From a bacterium (GTDB taxonomy: Bacteria > Electryoneota > JAOADG01), in contig OY820579.1 in assembly GCA_963681965.1 (NCBI GenBank), positions 3,872,001 through 3,936,000 on the forward strand: a stretch of DNA of 64,000 nucleotides. Direction: 5' to 3'. Made by a program: the position numbers and the translations under genes. The notes below the pieces were generated by a model, which saw nothing but the letters and a program-made list of their open reading frames with translations, had not been told where the DNA came from and searched no databases. The first letter of the stretch is position 1, and the number at the start of each line of letters is the position of its first letter. Below are positions 19,136 through 29,337 of the stretch, one piece after another.

Positions 19136-19639
19136 TTATTTATCTTTCGATTTTTCATCATCTTTCGACCAAGACAAGCCATCATAGCTCAATAGCGCAA
19201 AATACAATTTTTGTGATTGATTGTCGGTATGACCCATCATTTTGCTCATTCCAAAATAGGGCATCGTTTTAAACGCCCAGCTATTGTACAGCACGGAATC
19301 GTTCTTGAGCACTGTGACGCGGATCGCGGGATTTTTTTCTTCGCGCGAGAAATTCACCGGTTTTCCCTTGATCATCCAGTGACAATAAAAATCGGATACG
19401 CGAATCGATTGACCGGTTTTTCCGACTGGATATACTTTACCGGGAATCAACGTCATCGGCGGTAACGTATCGCCGTTGCTGGTCAATACGGATATCACCA
19501 CGGATTTTACCAGTGGCAAAGTAGGCGTGTGCTGCACGGAATCGGGATTGACCATACTCGATGGTGGAAATGCGAAAACCGCATTGGACAAAAACAACGC
19601 GAACAGAATTACCAAGACGAAGAGAAAAGATTTTTTCAC
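19136..19639 (-). CDS. Exported protein, DUF2155-like
   Basis: Signal peptide; S.EEKNPAIRVTV...SWAF motif; GTG start. Confidence 0.6.
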   Translation of the reverse strand: MKKSFLFVLVILFALFLSNAVFAFPPSSMVNPDSVQHTPTLPLVKSVVISVLTSNGDTLPPMTLIPGKVYPVGKTGQSIRVSDFYCHWMIKGKPVNFSREEKNPAIRVTVLKNDSVLYNSWAFKTMPYFGMSKMMGHTDNQSQKLYFALLSYDGLSWSKDDEKSKDK

Positions 19640-19689
19640 TGATCCACCATTACTTTCAAAACTGCGCGATATTGCGCAACCGATAAAAA

Positions 19690-20385
19690 AATAGATACAA
19701 GATAGATTGCCACACCCCCTGCGGGGCGGGTTCGCAATGACAGAAAAATAGGTTTCAATGTGGCGGGGCTAAAGCCCCACCTCCAACAAAGGGCAAACGC
19801 CCAGATTGTTGTTATGGTAGGGGCGGTTCGTGAACCGCCCGTGTCCATTCAGGATGCACAAACACCAGCGCGATTGCCACAGCCCATGCGGGTTCGCAAT
19901 GACAGAAAAAAAGAAAAAAGAGCGGGCGGACACGGGGGTCCGCCCCTACTGAATACAGGACACAAGATGAGTCGGAATAAATTCCGACCTACCGAAAAAA
20001 AGTGAATCGCAGGCTCGGAGGCTTGCGCAACCAAGACAGAATCAAGATCACAAGATGAGTCGGAATAAATTCCGACATACCGAAAAAAGTAATCGCAGGC
20101 TCGGAGGCCTGCGCCACCAGGACAGAATCAAGATCACAAGATGAGTCGGAATGAATTCCGACATACCGAAAAAAGTAATCGCAGGCTCGGAGGCCTGCGC
20201 CACCAGGACAGAATCAAGATCACAAGATGAGTCGGAATGAATTCCGACATACCGAAAAAAGTAATCGCAGGCTCGGAGGCCTGCGCCACCAAGACAGAAT
20301 CAAGATCACAAGATGAGTCGGAATAAATTCCGACCTACCGAAAAAAAAGTGAATCGCAAGCTCGGAGGCATGTGCTACAAAAAAA
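19690..20385 (+). repeat. REP mosaic with a BIME-like 86-bp tandem array (5 units)
   Basis: GTCGGAAT(A/G)AATTCCGAC at 19971, 20059, 20145, 20231 and 20317, alternating with CGCAGGCTCGGAGGCCTGCG; GATTGCCAC...TCGCAATGAC at 19705-19741 and 19872-19903. Confidence 0.92.
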
Positions 20386-20386
20386 A

Positions 20387-22588
20387 CTATCTGACGACTG
20401 CGACTTTCGGATAACTCTTCATCGGGATCGATCCATGTCGCCGATTCGTTTCCGTGCTCGAAGATTGCGTCTCTTCCATCGTGATTTTTCGGAATGAGTA
20501 TTTCATCAGCACCGGTTCTTTCACGACTTCTTTCAGGACGTCTTCCGGCAATTCCAGCGCCGTCTTGAAGTGCTTCGACCACTTCTTGAAATATGCCTTG
20601 TCGAGCAATGGATAGCTTTCCAGCAATTTGCCGTCGGCGGAATACTGCTTCAGCGTGAACAGCAGATCCTTGCTGTTTTCGACATCCATCGGGAAGACGT
20701 AGCGTTGCTGTTTCTTCAGCTTGATCTTCTTCCGCTCGCTCTTCGCGACGACGGTTTCCGGTTTCGTCTTGCCGCTATCTCCCGCTGCAGCACCCTTCAA
20801 GATCAGCGGTTCCGCAACCACTTCCAGATAACCATCGACGGCTTGCGTCGCGTCTTTATTCTGCAACGTGACAGCGACCGAGACATTGTCGGAATCTTCG
20901 CGAATCGTCCAATCCATCATCCGCGCTGGATATGGTTTCGCATCGGTCATCTTCTCCGGTTTCGATGGTCCGTTGGGATGCAAGTGCAAGAACAACTGCG
21001 GCGATTCGAGATGCGATACGCTATTGACCAGCACCCACTGCTCGGCAGCACTCAACAATCCGACACGGTAATCGATCTTGCTGGGATAACTGACATCGAC
21101 TACGAGTGCTTCATTCGCTTTAATTTCGCCAATACCGTCGAGGATCTGACGGACGCTGTTGCCGAGATCCATCAATTCTTCGGCAGTTCGCGGTTTACGG
21201 CAATCAAATTCTTCGAAATACGAAGGTGACGCATACCCGTTTCGCACCACACTCTGGAACATTGAGGCTTTATGATTACCTTCGAGTTCGACGCGACGAT
21301 TCAACTGCTGTCCGGCATCGGTAGCACGTTTATCGTTCGGCACTTCCTTACCGGCAGCACCCATGATCAAGCGGTTTGCCGGAATACCGGATTCGCTGAG
21401 AACCTGTTTGGCAACCGTGAGGGTACGAGCCAAGCTCATTGCCCGGTTGACACTATATCCACCTTCAAAGTCGGTGTGACCGGTGGCGATCATCAAGAGA
21501 TTGCCATTCAAGCGCGACAGATCGTGATTGACTTCGGACAAAACTTTTTGTTCCGAAGAATTCAGGACATAACTGCCGCGATCGAAGAAAAGGCGCGCTT
21601 TGATACTCGGATTGCGCGAAGTCTGAATACTATCGGTCTTGGAAACAACCCCGGCGCCGGTTTCCGCAGGTGGCGGTGTACCTTTGTCCAATTCCATATA
21701 GGACTGATCGGTGTCGGTCGTTGCATCCAGCGGGAATACTAACCCTTCGGCGTGCTTACCATTATAGGAAATCTTTTTCGATTCCGCCGAGAATGAAACA
21801 CCAATGAAATACTGCCAATCGTATGTACTATGCGATACGCCGACACCACCACCCAACGCGAATTGGATATTCGGTTTCCACTGATACTTCAATCCGGTCA
21901 ATGCCGTCACCGAAACCGGTTTATCGAAGATACTGTTTGACGTCGCCAACAGATCGGAGGTGAACATGAACTGACTGGCAATCAAGCGATCCATGCCCGC
22001 GCCGATATTATCGCGGTTTCGCGTCCGCTCGGAAGGGGCGATGAAATGACTGGCATATAGGTGAAGATGATAACCGTTACCGAGCCGGAATGTATTGATC
22101 ACTTGAATGCCCGGAACAGCGCCATCGTGCTTGAAAGTATCGTTTGCGACGGGGCTGCGTTCGACCAATCCGGCAAATGCCATCCGCCAAGTGCTGGTAT
22201 TGGTGCCGATCGGACGATATTTCACCGACAACAGCGTATGCCCCTCGAAATGCGCGGGCGGCGTCTTCGTACCCCAGATACTCGGGAACGAGAAACCGAC
22301 GTCGATATCGGGACTCAAACCAGTCGTGAGAAACAGCGGGGTTTCGCTGTATTGCAGTGAACCGAATGCAAGCGAACGGTAATAGAAACCGGTACCGAAA
22401 CTGCCGGCAGGATACGGATCGGCACTCGGGGCGATAATTGCACCATGCTGTCCGGTAATGGTCTGTGCGAAACTTCCCGACACAAGAGCGATCAACAAGA
22501 AAATGAAAACTACGGTCGGAACACAGTTGGTAACCGACCAGCGAGAACTGTCAGCGCGAAACAAAGTAGATGTGCGTCGACAGATCAT
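20387..22588 (-). CDS. Outer-membrane protein: N-terminal beta-barrel-like region, OmpA peptidoglycan-binding domain and C-terminal extension
   Basis: GHTD...NRAMSLAR...NRRVE OmpA signature; amphipathic beta-strands ending YFIGVSF. Confidence 0.8.
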   Translation of the reverse strand: MICRRTSTLFRADSSRWSVTNCVPTVVFIFLLIALVSGSFAQTITGQHGAIIAPSADPYPAGSFGTGFYYRSLAFGSLQYSETPLFLTTGLSPDIDVGFSFPSIWGTKTPPAHFEGHTLLSVKYRPIGTNTSTWRMAFAGLVERSPVANDTFKHDGAVPGIQVINTFRLGNGYHLHLYASHFIAPSERTRNRDNIGAGMDRLIASQFMFTSDLLATSNSIFDKPVSVTALTGLKYQWKPNIQFALGGGVGVSHSTYDWQYFIGVSFSAESKKISYNGKHAEGLVFPLDATTDTDQSYMELDKGTPPPAETGAGVVSKTDSIQTSRNPSIKARLFFDRGSYVLNSSEQKVLSEVNHDLSRLNGNLLMIATGHTDFEGGYSVNRAMSLARTLTVAKQVLSESGIPANRLIMGAAGKEVPNDKRATDAGQQLNRRVELEGNHKASMFQSVVRNGYASPSYFEEFDCRKPRTAEELMDLGNSVRQILDGIGEIKANEALVVDVSYPSKIDYRVGLLSAAEQWVLVNSVSHLESPQLFLHLHPNGPSKPEKMTDAKPYPARMMDWTIREDSDNVSVAVTLQNKDATQAVDGYLEVVAEPLILKGAAAGDSGKTKPETVVAKSERKKIKLKKQQRYVFPMDVENSKDLLFTLKQYSADGKLLESYPLLDKAYFKKWSKHFKTALELPEDVLKEVVKEPVLMKYSFRKITMEETQSSSTETNRRHGSIPMKSYPKVAVVR

Positions 22589-23865
22589 TTCTTATGACAC
22601 TCCTGACAAAGCTGCGACATCGAAGCCGCTTTAGTAAACAACTTCGCATTCTCCGTCGCATGGGGATTATGACAAGAGATGCAGGAGAGCTCGCGCTTGG
22701 TGTTGTTAGGATCGCGGACACCGGACAACGGGTGCTTCATCACCGGATGATCTTTGGCGTATTTCGGTTCGTGGCAGGAGAGACACAATTTATTGACATC
22801 GGTGATAAGCAAGCTGAGTTGACTGCTGCTATGCGTAGTATGACACGACATACACTCCCCGCCTTCGAACGGAGCGTGTTTGACCTTGGCTTTGTCGACC
22901 AGATCTTTCAAATCGGAATGACACTCGAAACAAGTTTCCGCGGAATTGCGAGCTTTCGAAACGGGATATCCGGGCACCTTGGGGGTTGAAGCCGAATGAC
23001 AATAGAAACACGTCCAATCGGTTAATGGCGGATGCACACTCTTGCCGACGGTTTCCCACGCATGGCAGGGATAACACATTCGGGTCACGGCGGTGGTAGA
23101 ACCGATTTCGTACGCATTCGGTTGCATCCGGTGACATTCGGCACAGACTTTTTCCGATTCACCGGTATGGAAATTGTTCGCCGTGAAATTATCAATATCC
23201 TCGATATTCGCATCGAAGCTCGGCTTGTAATTGAATGAAACCGTCTTCTCTTCGATGATGCGCCAACCCGCCGCCATGGCACGGATCACGTAATCGTTCC
23301 GTCCCGGTGCCAAATCGATCCGAAAGACGAAGATCCTCCCCATCTTTTCCCGACGGCGTGCTTGCGTCAGATCGATCATTCGACCCTGCAATCCGGAGAC
23401 TTCGAACTTCATTGTAGAGATCGCAGTATCGGCGAGCGCTTTTTCATAAATCTTCAGGAACTCCGGCAACTGAGTGAATTTGCGCAGATCGACCCGATCC
23501 GCCGCCTTGCACTGGGTGTTGAGTATGACTGGTTTCTTGCCGGGATCTTTCGGTTGAATCGTGAGTGTGAAATTCGTGATCAATAAATTCTTGTCGAACA
23601 TCTTCTTGACGATGCGGACAAAATCGTCATTCAGATGATATGAATTCACTTCAAGGGTTTCGCTCTTTTGAATCGCCTGCGTCAATTCGAGAAACATCAC
23701 ACGCAAAGTATCGACTTCACCTACGATATAATGTCGCGGGGTGGTGACGGTGGCTTTATCGGTCGCCGGGAAATAGAGATTGATTGCCGAAGTCGCGCCG
23801 AACACGGCGATCGCGACGATCGACAACACAACCACTACTAACAAACCGATAAGACTACGCTTCAT
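22585..23865 (-). CDS. Octaheme cytochrome c (paired-CXXCH type) with a large non-heme N-terminal domain
   Basis: CAECH, CYPCH, CFYCH, CFECH, CMSCH, CLSCH, CISCH, CQECH; HAP/HP motifs; N-terminal signal or anchor. Confidence 0.92.
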   Translation of the reverse strand: MKRSLIGLLVVVVLSIVAIAVFGATSAINLYFPATDKATVTTPRHYIVGEVDTLRVMFLELTQAIQKSETLEVNSYHLNDDFVRIVKKMFDKNLLITNFTLTIQPKDPGKKPVILNTQCKAADRVDLRKFTQLPEFLKIYEKALADTAISTMKFEVSGLQGRMIDLTQARRREKMGRIFVFRIDLAPGRNDYVIRAMAAGWRIIEEKTVSFNYKPSFDANIEDIDNFTANNFHTGESEKVCAECHRMQPNAYEIGSTTAVTRMCYPCHAWETVGKSVHPPLTDWTCFYCHSASTPKVPGYPVSKARNSAETCFECHSDLKDLVDKAKVKHAPFEGGECMSCHTTHSSSQLSLLITDVNKLCLSCHEPKYAKDHPVMKHPLSGVRDPNNTKRELSCISCHNPHATENAKLFTKAASMSQLCQECHKK

Positions 23866-23881
23866 TTATTTGTGGATCCCC

Positions 23882-25627
23882 TTAATAATTTGCCGGATCG
23901 TGAGTGTGACTATGACACGTGATGTAGCAACTACCGTGATTGGCACCCTGATCGACGAACTCCAATCGCCCGCTCGGCGCCGGTAAGATCCGGGGATCGG
24001 TAAGATCGAAATTGATCAGGTGGTAATTGCGCGAACCGTGCGAATTGTGACAAGTTTTACACGAAAATTGATTGGTCACGACATGCGCCGAATGATTGGG
24101 AAACCGGCTCAAGGTCGCATTGAATAGCGTTGTCCGGTCATGGCACGAGTAACATAGCGCATAGGTCGAACTACCCTCGGCAGTACCCGAAGTCGCAGTA
24201 TACTGATTCTTCAATAACGGTGTGTAGTCCGATCCATGTGGTCCCTGTGCACCGGACGGATCGTTGTTTCCGTGACAACTGGTGCAATTCATCGTCGATG
24301 TCGCCGTCCATGGAGCTAACAATCCGGGTACAAACGAGTTCGTTCCGGGTGCGACTACCGGATGGAAACTTCGATTCAAAGGATCGAATTCAGTCCGTTT
24401 ATTGATTTCATTCGGCGGCAGATTCTGGGAATCGCCGTGGCACTTCAAACAGATTTGATATTCGTACGTTGCCGGGCTGATCTTGACACCACTGATTGTC
24501 ACTCCCCACTCTTGCCGAAGGGTACCGTTGATTTGTCCAATCGTATCGGTATTGGTAACGGCGTGCGCATTGTGGCAATCGGCGCATTCGACGTGTCGTG
24601 TTACCGTCGGTGACTGTTCGGGTAAATAAGAAGACGGTGGCGGTGTCGAATTCAGCGGACCTTCACCGGCATCGTGAATACCGTTTGTCAGGGCAACGGG
24701 ATGTCGACTCGCTTTATTGAATACCGTCACAATTTCAGTCGCGCCGACGGTTTCCAGCGCCGAATTGCGGTTGCCATCGTGACAGGTGTAGCACAAATTC
24801 TCTTCGGACTGTCGGAGCAAACGCGGAGCCGGCGCACCATGATCGACATGACAACTGCTGCAGGCTTGATCGACCAACTGACGATGCTGCGAACTGGTGG
24901 GGTGGCTGTGTTCGGAAACATTCCAACCCGATTTCACATGGCAAGTGACACACAACGCACCTTGCGCCGGATTCATCACTAGAAATTTGCCTTCGGTATT
25001 GTTATGCGGATCGTGACAACTGCGACATTGAACGACGTTGTGACGATCGAGCTTCACGGCAGAACCAACGGGCGGTGCCGAAATTTCCAAATCCTCGGTA
25101 GACAATTCCATCGAGATCGGGTGATCGTCATACAACACCGATCCAAGATTCGCCGAACCGGGCGGCATCATTCCCAATGCCGTGGTGCCAGTCATGGAAA
25201 TTTGACTCGGTTGACTGAGCACCAGACCCAGTGCGATCGTACCGTCGTGGCACGAGAGACAAATTCGCGAAGAACCTTCGGGCTGACCGACGCTAGCTTG
25301 CATCGATCCGCCGGAAGGATAGGTCGTGTAATAGACGGCAGACAATTCGCGATTCCACAATGGCGCTTCAACCGATGCACTGTGCGGTGTGTGGCAAAAT
25401 ATACAGACTTGACTTTCCTGCGAGGCGCGAATGGTGCCGGGACCGGTGATCGATAAATTGTGCGGAGTATTCGAAATCTGACGATACTGCGGTTGAGCGG
25501 ATGCAGATAAGGCGATGGTTAGAAATAGCATCGAAACGACAAGCGAAAGCCTGTTCCGGATTTCCGAAACAGCTCCAAGATTCAGTGATACATTTCGATA
25601 CGCTTTTTTCATGCTCGCGTTCTGCAC
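23882..25627 (-). CDS. Dodecaheme cytochrome c (11 CxxCH + CxxxCH) with an OmcE-like N-terminal tetraheme module
   Basis: TPHNLS...QVCIFCHTPH..PLWNR...CLSCHDG...DDHPIS...CRSCHDPH..FL...LCVTCH, then 8 more motifs; start uncertain. Confidence 0.92.
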   Translation of the reverse strand: MQNASMKKAYRNVSLNLGAVSEIRNRLSLVVSMLFLTIALSASAQPQYRQISNTPHNLSITGPGTIRASQESQVCIFCHTPHSASVEAPLWNRELSAVYYTTYPSGGSMQASVGQPEGSSRICLSCHDGTIALGLVLSQPSQISMTGTTALGMMPPGSANLGSVLYDDHPISMELSTEDLEISAPPVGSAVKLDRHNVVQCRSCHDPHNNTEGKFLVMNPAQGALCVTCHVKSGWNVSEHSHPTSSQHRQLVDQACSSCHVDHGAPAPRLLRQSEENLCYTCHDGNRNSALETVGATEIVTVFNKASRHPVALTNGIHDAGEGPLNSTPPPSSYLPEQSPTVTRHVECADCHNAHAVTNTDTIGQINGTLRQEWGVTISGVKISPATYEYQICLKCHGDSQNLPPNEINKRTEFDPLNRSFHPVVAPGTNSFVPGLLAPWTATSTMNCTSCHGNNDPSGAQGPHGSDYTPLLKNQYTATSGTAEGSSTYALCYSCHDRTTLFNATLSRFPNHSAHVVTNQFSCKTCHNSHGSRNYHLINFDLTDPRILPAPSGRLEFVDQGANHGSCYITCHSHTHDPANY

Positions 25628-25652
25628 TACAATCTACTCAGTACATCTCTCA

Positions 25653-26738
25653 CTATTTATTGATTTTCGGGTCTCCCGGTTCGTTCCGGTCGAGATACTG
25701 AAACACTTGGATCATGCCGTGGTACGTATCGGCAAGATAAATTCGATCCTGACGATCGATCCATATTCCGCCCGGAAGATTGAATTTACCCGGCTCCGGA
25801 TTGCCGGTTTCGCCGAAATTCAGCAACAATCTACCGGCATCGTCGAACAATTGCACTGTCCCGAACAAAGCATCGACGACATACAAATGATTTTTCGAAT
25901 CGACGGCTATCCCTTTCGGTCGTGCAAACGATCCGACGGCGTTCCCCGCCTTTCCGATACTCTGTAACATCGAACCGTCGCTGCGTAATTTCTTCACCCG
26001 GAAATTCAGCGCGTCGGTCACCAGCAAAGTATCGCCACTCATCGCAAGGCTGGTAGGGGTATTCAGACCGAGTGTCGAATCGCCGGCTGTGCCAAATCGA
26101 CCGACACACTCGCCACTCAAGCGATACTTACCAATCTTGTTGCCACCGGCATCGGACACAAAGAGCAATTGATTTTTGGCATCCCACGCGATACCGACCG
26201 GTCGACTGCATTCGGGATCGAATTCGCGGATCGGGTCCAGATTGTGCGAATACACGATTACTTTCCGGATCGACGAATCGACGACATAAACGGAATCGTT
26301 GGCTCCGACAGCCATCGAAACCGGCGACACCAGCCGCGCTTTGACGGTGGCATCCTGCATCCGGTAGTGATTCGGTTTCTGATGAAACAGATACAACCGC
26401 CCCGACATATCCGCGACATAAATCGTGCCATCGCTCCCAGTCGCTACTGCAATCGGTTGCTTCAGTTTGCGCAGATTCGATTTACCCAGTAACCGGACGA
26501 ATAAATTCTCTTTGATATCGAGATCTTCCGGGGTCGCAAAGGCGTAGAGATATCGAATTCGCGCGATCGCCGGAGCCGGGGGATAGACCACCGTGCCATT
26601 CGATTTCATCGCTTTGTTCGTGGCATCCGGACTGCAACTGCTGAGAAAGAGCAAAATGACTGCACCGATCGCCGTTATCCCGCAGGAGAACCAGCGTCGA
26701 ACCAATAATCGATCAATTTCCAAACGTCCGTGACGCAT
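25653..26738 (-). CDS. NHL-repeat beta-propeller lipoprotein (paralog of 10649-11677)
   Basis: Lipobox FLSSC; YPPAPAIARIRYL; GSFARPKGIAVDS; start uncertain. Confidence 0.9.
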   Translation of the reverse strand: MRHGRLEIDRLLVRRWFSCGITAIGAVILLFLSSCSPDATNKAMKSNGTVVYPPAPAIARIRYLYAFATPEDLDIKENLFVRLLGKSNLRKLKQPIAVATGSDGTIYVADMSGRLYLFHQKPNHYRMQDATVKARLVSPVSMAVGANDSVYVVDSSIRKVIVYSHNLDPIREFDPECSRPVGIAWDAKNQLLFVSDAGGNKIGKYRLSGECVGRFGTAGDSTLGLNTPTSLAMSGDTLLVTDALNFRVKKLRSDGSMLQSIGKAGNAVGSFARPKGIAVDSKNHLYVVDALFGTVQLFDDAGRLLLNFGETGNPEPGKFNLPGGIWIDRQDRIYLADTYHGMIQVFQYLDRNEPGDPKINK

Positions 26739-28431
26739 TTAATAGTACCGTAGTATTTTCTTGTCCGTATTCAATTCGTTTCTCGAATTGCAGGAACAAT
26801 TTGATCTCGCGCAACTGGTAATCAAGATCCGATTCGTAGCGATCGTTCGTACTGGTATATCGCCGATTGTAGATATGCGACGTCACGATCGACCAAGTTA
26901 AGTTGCGAAAGATCCGATATTTCATCGTGTTGGTCCAATTCACTGTTTCGTTGAACTGTGGATCGAACCGTGTTTCGGTAATGAGCGCCGATTCCAATCG
27001 CAAACTGCTGTATGGAAAATAGCTTAAAGTGGTACGATCTTCGATATACCGAAGCTTAGCCGTACCCTCGGCGTCCATCAAAACAATCTGATTCTGCAAC
27101 AGCGTCGGTTCCCAGAACCGATAATTAATCTGATTGGTCAGGCTGTTGACGATCTGATAATAATTGGTTGAATCGAGCCGGTTATAAAGCCCATCGGCGG
27201 AATAGCGATTCGTCCAATTCAATCGGTCGGTAAAGACATGTTTCTTTTCGAATGTCCGGTTGCCACGCAAAGTAAAGCGATCTCGCGACGCGATCGTGGC
27301 ACTATTCACTTCAATGAAAATATTGCCCGAATTGCGCCAGGTATTTACCGAATCGTAGGTCAACTTCATGTATTCCAGACCATTCGACAAATATTTCGTC
27401 GACTCGACGTTCAGCATTGCAGTGGAACGGAGATTCTGACGAAACAGCGTGGTTCGAACGACATAATAATAATATTGATTCAATTCGCGCTTGTAATCGG
27501 CTTCTACTGAATTCGACGAAGTATTGGCGTTATACCCTTCGTACGAGTTGTAGCCGTACAATACCGACAACCGGTCGGCACGGCGGAAATTCCGGATCAA
27601 ACGCAAACTGAAACGACCGGTGCGAAATTCGTCGCGATTATTATAATCGATGTCGGCATCGATCGACGTTGTCCGATCGAACAGCGACGAGCGCCCGTTC
27701 AAAGTAAATTGTTGCGTTCGGGCAATGCCGCCTTCGAATACCCGCTTCCGCTGTTCGTCGCGAAAATATGCCGAGACGTTGGCATTTTCACTGTTCCGCG
27801 AGAACTGCACGGTACTGATATGGGTACCATTCGTACCGTAGCGGTTGTTTTCCGCCGAATTGTATTGATATCCCAGCTGAATTCGCGGCAGTCGGGGAAG
27901 CATCACATACAGATTCGATCCGATCAGATTGTCGTACGATTTATCGGTATACTGCTTGTACACAAATTCGGTCATGGTCCGCTTCGCATTGACGCTGAAC
28001 CAGATATTCCGATATTGAAAGAACCTTGCATTCATATCGAACAGGTCGTAAGACCGTTCGATCGAATTCGTTTTGGAAATGGTCTTGTTCGACTGCCGGT
28101 ACTGCGAGCCGATGTAGTAAGTCATGAATCCCGACGAAAGGTAGTAACCTTTGATCCCGAATTTATAATTCTGGATGTATTCGCTTCCATCGTAATTCGA
28201 GACGCCACTTCCGAGATTTCCCAGCGTCCAATAGCGATATCCGTTTTCGGCATACCCTTGGAACACCGCTTTTGACTGTGCATAAGAGGTTGCTTGACCG
28301 AAACCGATAAGCATAAAAAAGAAAATGATGCCACGAAATACATCGTGGCACCATGACTTAACTCTTCCTCTTGTCGTCAAAGCGATCTGTCCTGTCTGGC
28401 TGTTCGAGTGTAATGCCACCACCCGGTACAC
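26713..28431 (-). CDS. Putative large outer-membrane beta-barrel
   Basis: Signal peptide, Tyr/Arg/Asn-rich alternating beta-strands throughout, near-terminal Phe; start uncertain. Confidence 0.7.
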   Translation of the reverse strand: MYRVVALHSNSQTGQIALTTRGRVKSWCHDVFRGIIFFFMLIGFGQATSYAQSKAVFQGYAENGYRYWTLGNLGSGVSNYDGSEYIQNYKFGIKGYYLSSGFMTYYIGSQYRQSNKTISKTNSIERSYDLFDMNARFFQYRNIWFSVNAKRTMTEFVYKQYTDKSYDNLIGSNLYVMLPRLPRIQLGYQYNSAENNRYGTNGTHISTVQFSRNSENANVSAYFRDEQRKRVFEGGIARTQQFTLNGRSSLFDRTTSIDADIDYNNRDEFRTGRFSLRLIRNFRRADRLSVLYGYNSYEGYNANTSSNSVEADYKRELNQYYYYVVRTTLFRQNLRSTAMLNVESTKYLSNGLEYMKLTYDSVNTWRNSGNIFIEVNSATIASRDRFTLRGNRTFEKKHVFTDRLNWTNRYSADGLYNRLDSTNYYQIVNSLTNQINYRFWEPTLLQNQIVLMDAEGTAKLRYIEDRTTLSYFPYSSLRLESALITETRFDPQFNETVNWTNTMKYRIFRNLTWSIVTSHIYNRRYTSTNDRYESDLDYQLREIKLFLQFEKRIEYGQENTTVLLNASRTFGN

Positions 28432-28514
28432 TACCTTTTCCCCTCTAATCGCGTTTAAGATACAACCGGGATTAGGTCAAAGGATACCCTTGGACACAAG
28501 ATGCCACAAATAAT

Positions 28515-29249
28515 TTATTTAATGTGGCAAGTCAGACACAAAGCACTGCCGGAATTGCTCATTACCAAGAAGGGAGCAATCGCATTGCTGTGAACGTCGT
28601 GACAAGAGCTGCATTCGAGCTGATCGTGGCTTGCGCCGTACAGCTTGACCGCGCTACCGGCTGCCGGCAAACGCAATCCGCCGTCCGCCAACACCAACGC
28701 GTTGTCGAATCCAAACGAAATCGGGTGATCGTTGGCGAGGTTATTCACGCCAGCGCCACTGCCACCGGGATAATTTTCACCGATATTGGCACCCAGACCG
28801 CGATGATCGGGCATAAACGGCGAACCGGGATAATACACCTGTCCGAGTTGATCGAAGCCACCGACCATCTGAATCGACGGACCGTAATTGTACAGCATCG
28901 AATTCAATGCGGTAACGCCGTCATGGCAGGAAAGGCAGAGCTTGGATTCGCCCTGGGGCTGGTGAGTTGCCGCATCGGCAAACGTTCCTTGGAACGTCGA
29001 GCTGGAATATGCGGTAAAGGTTTGGCTCGATGCATTGCGGTTCCACAGCGGTTTCTGCGAAGCAGAGGCGGCGTGCGGCGTGTGGCAATAGATACAAACC
29101 TGATTACTTGGGTCGTTCCCCGTCCAGTTTCCACCACCCGTAACCGATAGATCGTGCTTGGTTCCAACGATTTGTGCCGAGGCGAAATTCGCCAGCATAA
29201 GGGTGCCGAGGAATACGATGCAAAGGAATGCGAAAGTTTTCGATTTCAT
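28515..29249 (-). CDS. OmcE-like tetraheme cytochrome c (copy 2)
   Basis: TKHDLS..QVCIYCHTPH..PLWNR..CLSCHDG..NDHPISF..LECSSCHDVH.N...PFL....GSALCLTCH follows the motif order of Geobacter OmcE as I recall it; start MKSKTF. Confidence 0.85.
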   Translation of the reverse strand: MKSKTFAFLCIVFLGTLMLANFASAQIVGTKHDLSVTGGGNWTGNDPSNQVCIYCHTPHAASASQKPLWNRNASSQTFTAYSSSTFQGTFADAATHQPQGESKLCLSCHDGVTALNSMLYNYGPSIQMVGGFDQLGQVYYPGSPFMPDHRGLGANIGENYPGGSGAGVNNLANDHPISFGFDNALVLADGGLRLPAAGSAVKLYGASHDQLECSSCHDVHSNAIAPFLVMSNSGSALCLTCHIK

Positions 29250-29337
29250 GACTCTTTCCTGACAATCAAAAATTATTCGATGACGAACTAGTAACTGGTC
29301 ATGGTCAGACTTCGACCGCAACCGGTTCCAACTTGTA

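Noticed and set aside
19961-20385. Regularly spaced palindromes resembling a CRISPR array (also 10261-10465 and 37375-37670)
   Set aside because: The intervening sequences are near-identical rather than unique spacers, and no cas genes are present; these are tandem REP units.
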